Of a stretch of 9,356 bases of DNA, positions 7,181 to 9,356 are shown one piece after another (the first letter of the stretch is position 1; each line of letters begins with the position of its first letter). Source of the DNA: Octopus sinensis (lineage: Eukaryota). The notes below the pieces were generated by a model. The model did not search any database. It saw nothing but the letters and a program-made list of their open reading frames with translations, and had not been told where the DNA came from. Position numbers and translations under genes: made by a program. The DNA is taken from positions 1 to 9,356 of the forward strand of contig NW_021827981.1 of the NCBI RefSeq assembly GCF_006345805.1. Direction: 5' to 3'.

Positions 7181-7311
7181 CAATTAAAGTACAGAACTGG
7201 GAATGGTTATTATTAGTTTAGCCTAAAGACAAATAAATTCTGCCAAGATACAAGTTAATTCGACTTACGCCTTGTCTCCTGGACCAATTAACGACGTAGG
7301 ATGAAGTATAC

Positions 7312-7320
7312 TATATATAT

Positions 7321-7352
<32 letters not shown>

Positions 7353-7431
7353 ATATATATTATATATATAATAATATACCTATATATATATATATTATAT
7401 ATATATGTATATATAATGATATATATTTATC

Positions 7432-7478
<47 letters not shown>

Positions 7479-7535
7479 TATATATATACCTTAAGATATA
7501 TATATATGTATATTATATTGTATTATATATAGATA

Positions 7536-7592
<57 letters not shown>

Positions 7593-7610
7593 GCTACATA
7601 TATATATGTA

Positions 7611-7641
<31 letters not shown>

Positions 7642-7669
7642 GATATATATATATATTATATATATATAT
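7312..7669. repeat. Long imperfect (TA)n microsatellite, about 360 bp
   Basis: Nearly all T/A alternation; source of the IY-repeat ORFs 7301..7642 and 7523..7705. Confidence 0.97.
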
Positions 7670-7973
7670 TGTGTATTTCGGGACGGTCATTTTTCTTTTT
7701 GCCAAATAAACACACGCACTATATATTCGTCCTTCACTCGTTTATTACTGTTCTTATTCTAACTCATTGTCCATTGTACGGAAATCTTTCGTCACACATC
7801 TGTGATCTCCTCACCGACACTTTCCGTCTTCGTGTGTGCTCTTGCTCTGCTTATTCCATTTCCGGACGATGGACACGAGTTAGAATAAGAACATTAATTA
7901 ATGACTGGAGAACAAACGTGTGTGTGTTTATTTCGCAAAACAAAACAAAAAACATCCTGAAATACAACAATAT
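7666..7973. mobile_element. Foldback-type MITE with about 110-bp TIRs and 72-bp spacer (possibly Mutator-like)
   Basis: Arms about 7666-7785 and 7858-7973 align as inverted repeats; perfect 17-bp core 7749-7765/7877-7893 (TGTTCTTATTCTAACTC); also TGTATTTC, AAATAAACACAC and TGTCCAT.GT.CGGAAAT blocks. No clear TSD. Confidence 0.85.
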
Positions 7974-8010
7974 TTGTTTTAACACACGACTTCACATCAG
8001 GAATCTTGCG

Positions 8011-8036
8011 ATATATATATATATATATATATATAT
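8011..8036. repeat. (AT)13 microsatellite
   Basis: Perfect run. Confidence 0.95.
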
Positions 8037-8384
8037 AAGCGAGGTGGAATGTTGAGAAAGCCTACTTGTCTAGTGAAGGGTTTTGACAAAGGAGTAAATT
8101 GCTTCAATAATAAATTAGTTGTAAATCTGAAGCGATGTACTAGTTCTTTTACGCATATAAGTACACATTAAAATGTAAACAAACGTATGTGTCCTTATAT
8201 GAGAAAAAGTATGATAGCAGGAAAGAGATCAAGATATAAACAAAAACAAAAAAACACAACATGCGAGTACACAAACACACGTATACACATACACACAAAC
8301 ACATGCAGACAGACACAAACGCACAAACTCTTTTGTTTCGATCGGAAGAGAGTGACGGTAGAGTGAATATTTGACTATGGATAT

Positions 8385-8405
8385 GTGTTTGTGTGTGTGT
8401 GTGAG

Positions 8406-8438
<33 letters not shown>

Positions 8439-8523
8439 ATATATATATATATATATTATATTATTATTATTATTATTTTATTATTATTATTATTATTATA
8501 TTATTATATTATTACATATATAT
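8385..8523. repeat. Compound (GT)n/(TA)n/(TAT)n microsatellite
   Basis: GT run, then TA run, then TAT triplets from about 8455. Confidence 0.93.
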
Positions 8524-8745
8524 ATTTCTGAAACTAGAAATTCAAAACCGAAAAATCATCGAGGAATAAAATGAATTCAATGGTATTTTAACGATTTTGA
8601 AGGGTAAAAGACAAAACTGATTTCGATGAAATTTGATCATAAATGAAACAGCGTTCATTTGCAAAATTAACGGGATTATAATTAGCACATTACAATCTGT
8701 TATTCAGGTAATAGCTCTACATATAAATGATGTATAAATTAAAGT

Positions 8746-8846
8746 TTATATAAAATTCGTGGGTAAGGTCAGAACAATGCGAAATAATCCAAGGTAAATC
8801 GGATTTATTTTGTATTGTTCCGGCCTTACCCACAAATTTTATATAA
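8746..8846. repeat. 101-nt palindrome (45/46-bp arms, 10-nt loop), probable mini-MITE
   Basis: 8746-8790 vs reverse complement of 8801-8846: five transitions and one 1-nt indel; AT-rich flanks. Confidence 0.9.
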
Positions 8847-9356
8847 TATATACTACACTAACTATTCCTTTATAAATTAAAGCTTTTTTTTTTGGCTTCA
8901 AATTCTGTTTTTTTTTTATTTCTTTAGTTTGTTAAAGTCAACGCGTCCAAAACGATGGAGGAGCATCGCCTTTTGTATTTCTAATAAATTCTTTGCTCAT
9001 GCAATCCTTGGTTTTTTTCACGTCATCTTTAGACATAACATTCATTTCTGTTGGATGAGTGATACAATGAGAGTGTGTCTACACTAGAAGTAGCAGCCAA
9101 ATCTCTTCAAATCGCACTCAACCATCTTGAAAAAGGAGAAAATATTGAACAAGAATGTGCTCCTAGATGTCAAAAAGACAAAAACGGATCGGTCACGGCT
9201 AGAACATTTTTACTTATACATCTTCTCGATCAGAACTGATTTGGAGATAATCAACCGTAATAAAAACAACAGCAGCAAATGGTATCCTCAGAGTTTTCAT
9301 GGGTGTTCTAAACAAGTGGTTATAAGGTTTAATATAAGCGATAAGGATTATCATTT

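Larger units (their letters stand above)
5436..7313 (+). mobile_element. Tigger/pogo-family DNA transposon, internally deleted and decayed (1878 bp including a 139-bp insert)
   Basis: Left TIR CAGGTATACCTCGGCTTAAATCGTT (5436-5460) and right TIR AACGACGTAGGATGAAGTATACTA (7290-7313) match 17/25 as inverted repeats; TA on both sides; transposase remnant inside. Confidence 0.88.

Noticed and set aside
7301-8055. ORFs 7301..7642, 7523..7705 and 7591..8055
   Set aside because: TA microsatellite plus read-through of the foldback MITE.
1-9356. CRISPR array or prokaryotic defence/operon system
   Set aside because: No regularly spaced repeat-spacer units, no gene-dense organisation; only two copies of the 140-bp repeat; the content is eukaryotic repeat DNA.

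Overview
AT-rich eukaryotic non-coding DNA (intergenic or intronic). I can support no intact protein-coding gene. The microsatellite load and the SINE sequences look like those of an octopod cephalopod (Octopus-like); this is recognition from memory, not a database result. The window is a dense layering of decayed transposons separated by (TA)n, (CA)n and (TATG)n tracts: a mariner-derived MITE (885-1096), an internally deleted mariner transposase remnant (~1235-1923), a GC-rich TIR mini-element (1940-2099), four tRNA-SINE pieces plus one full-length SINE with a perfect 15-bp target-site duplication (2906-3133), a probable Penelope-like fragment with a degenerate minimal hammerhead ribozyme (3858-3892), a Tigger/pogo element with both TIRs and a frameshifted transposase (5436-7313), a foldback MITE (7666-7973) and a 101-nt palindrome (8746-8846). 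A 140-bp segment at 4174-4313 recurs almost identically inside the Tigger element (7040-7180). Most ORFs in the track are microsatellite translations. I found no evidence for a wholly new system. The best leads are the hammerhead relic, the young templated duplication and the dsRNA-forming inverted structures.
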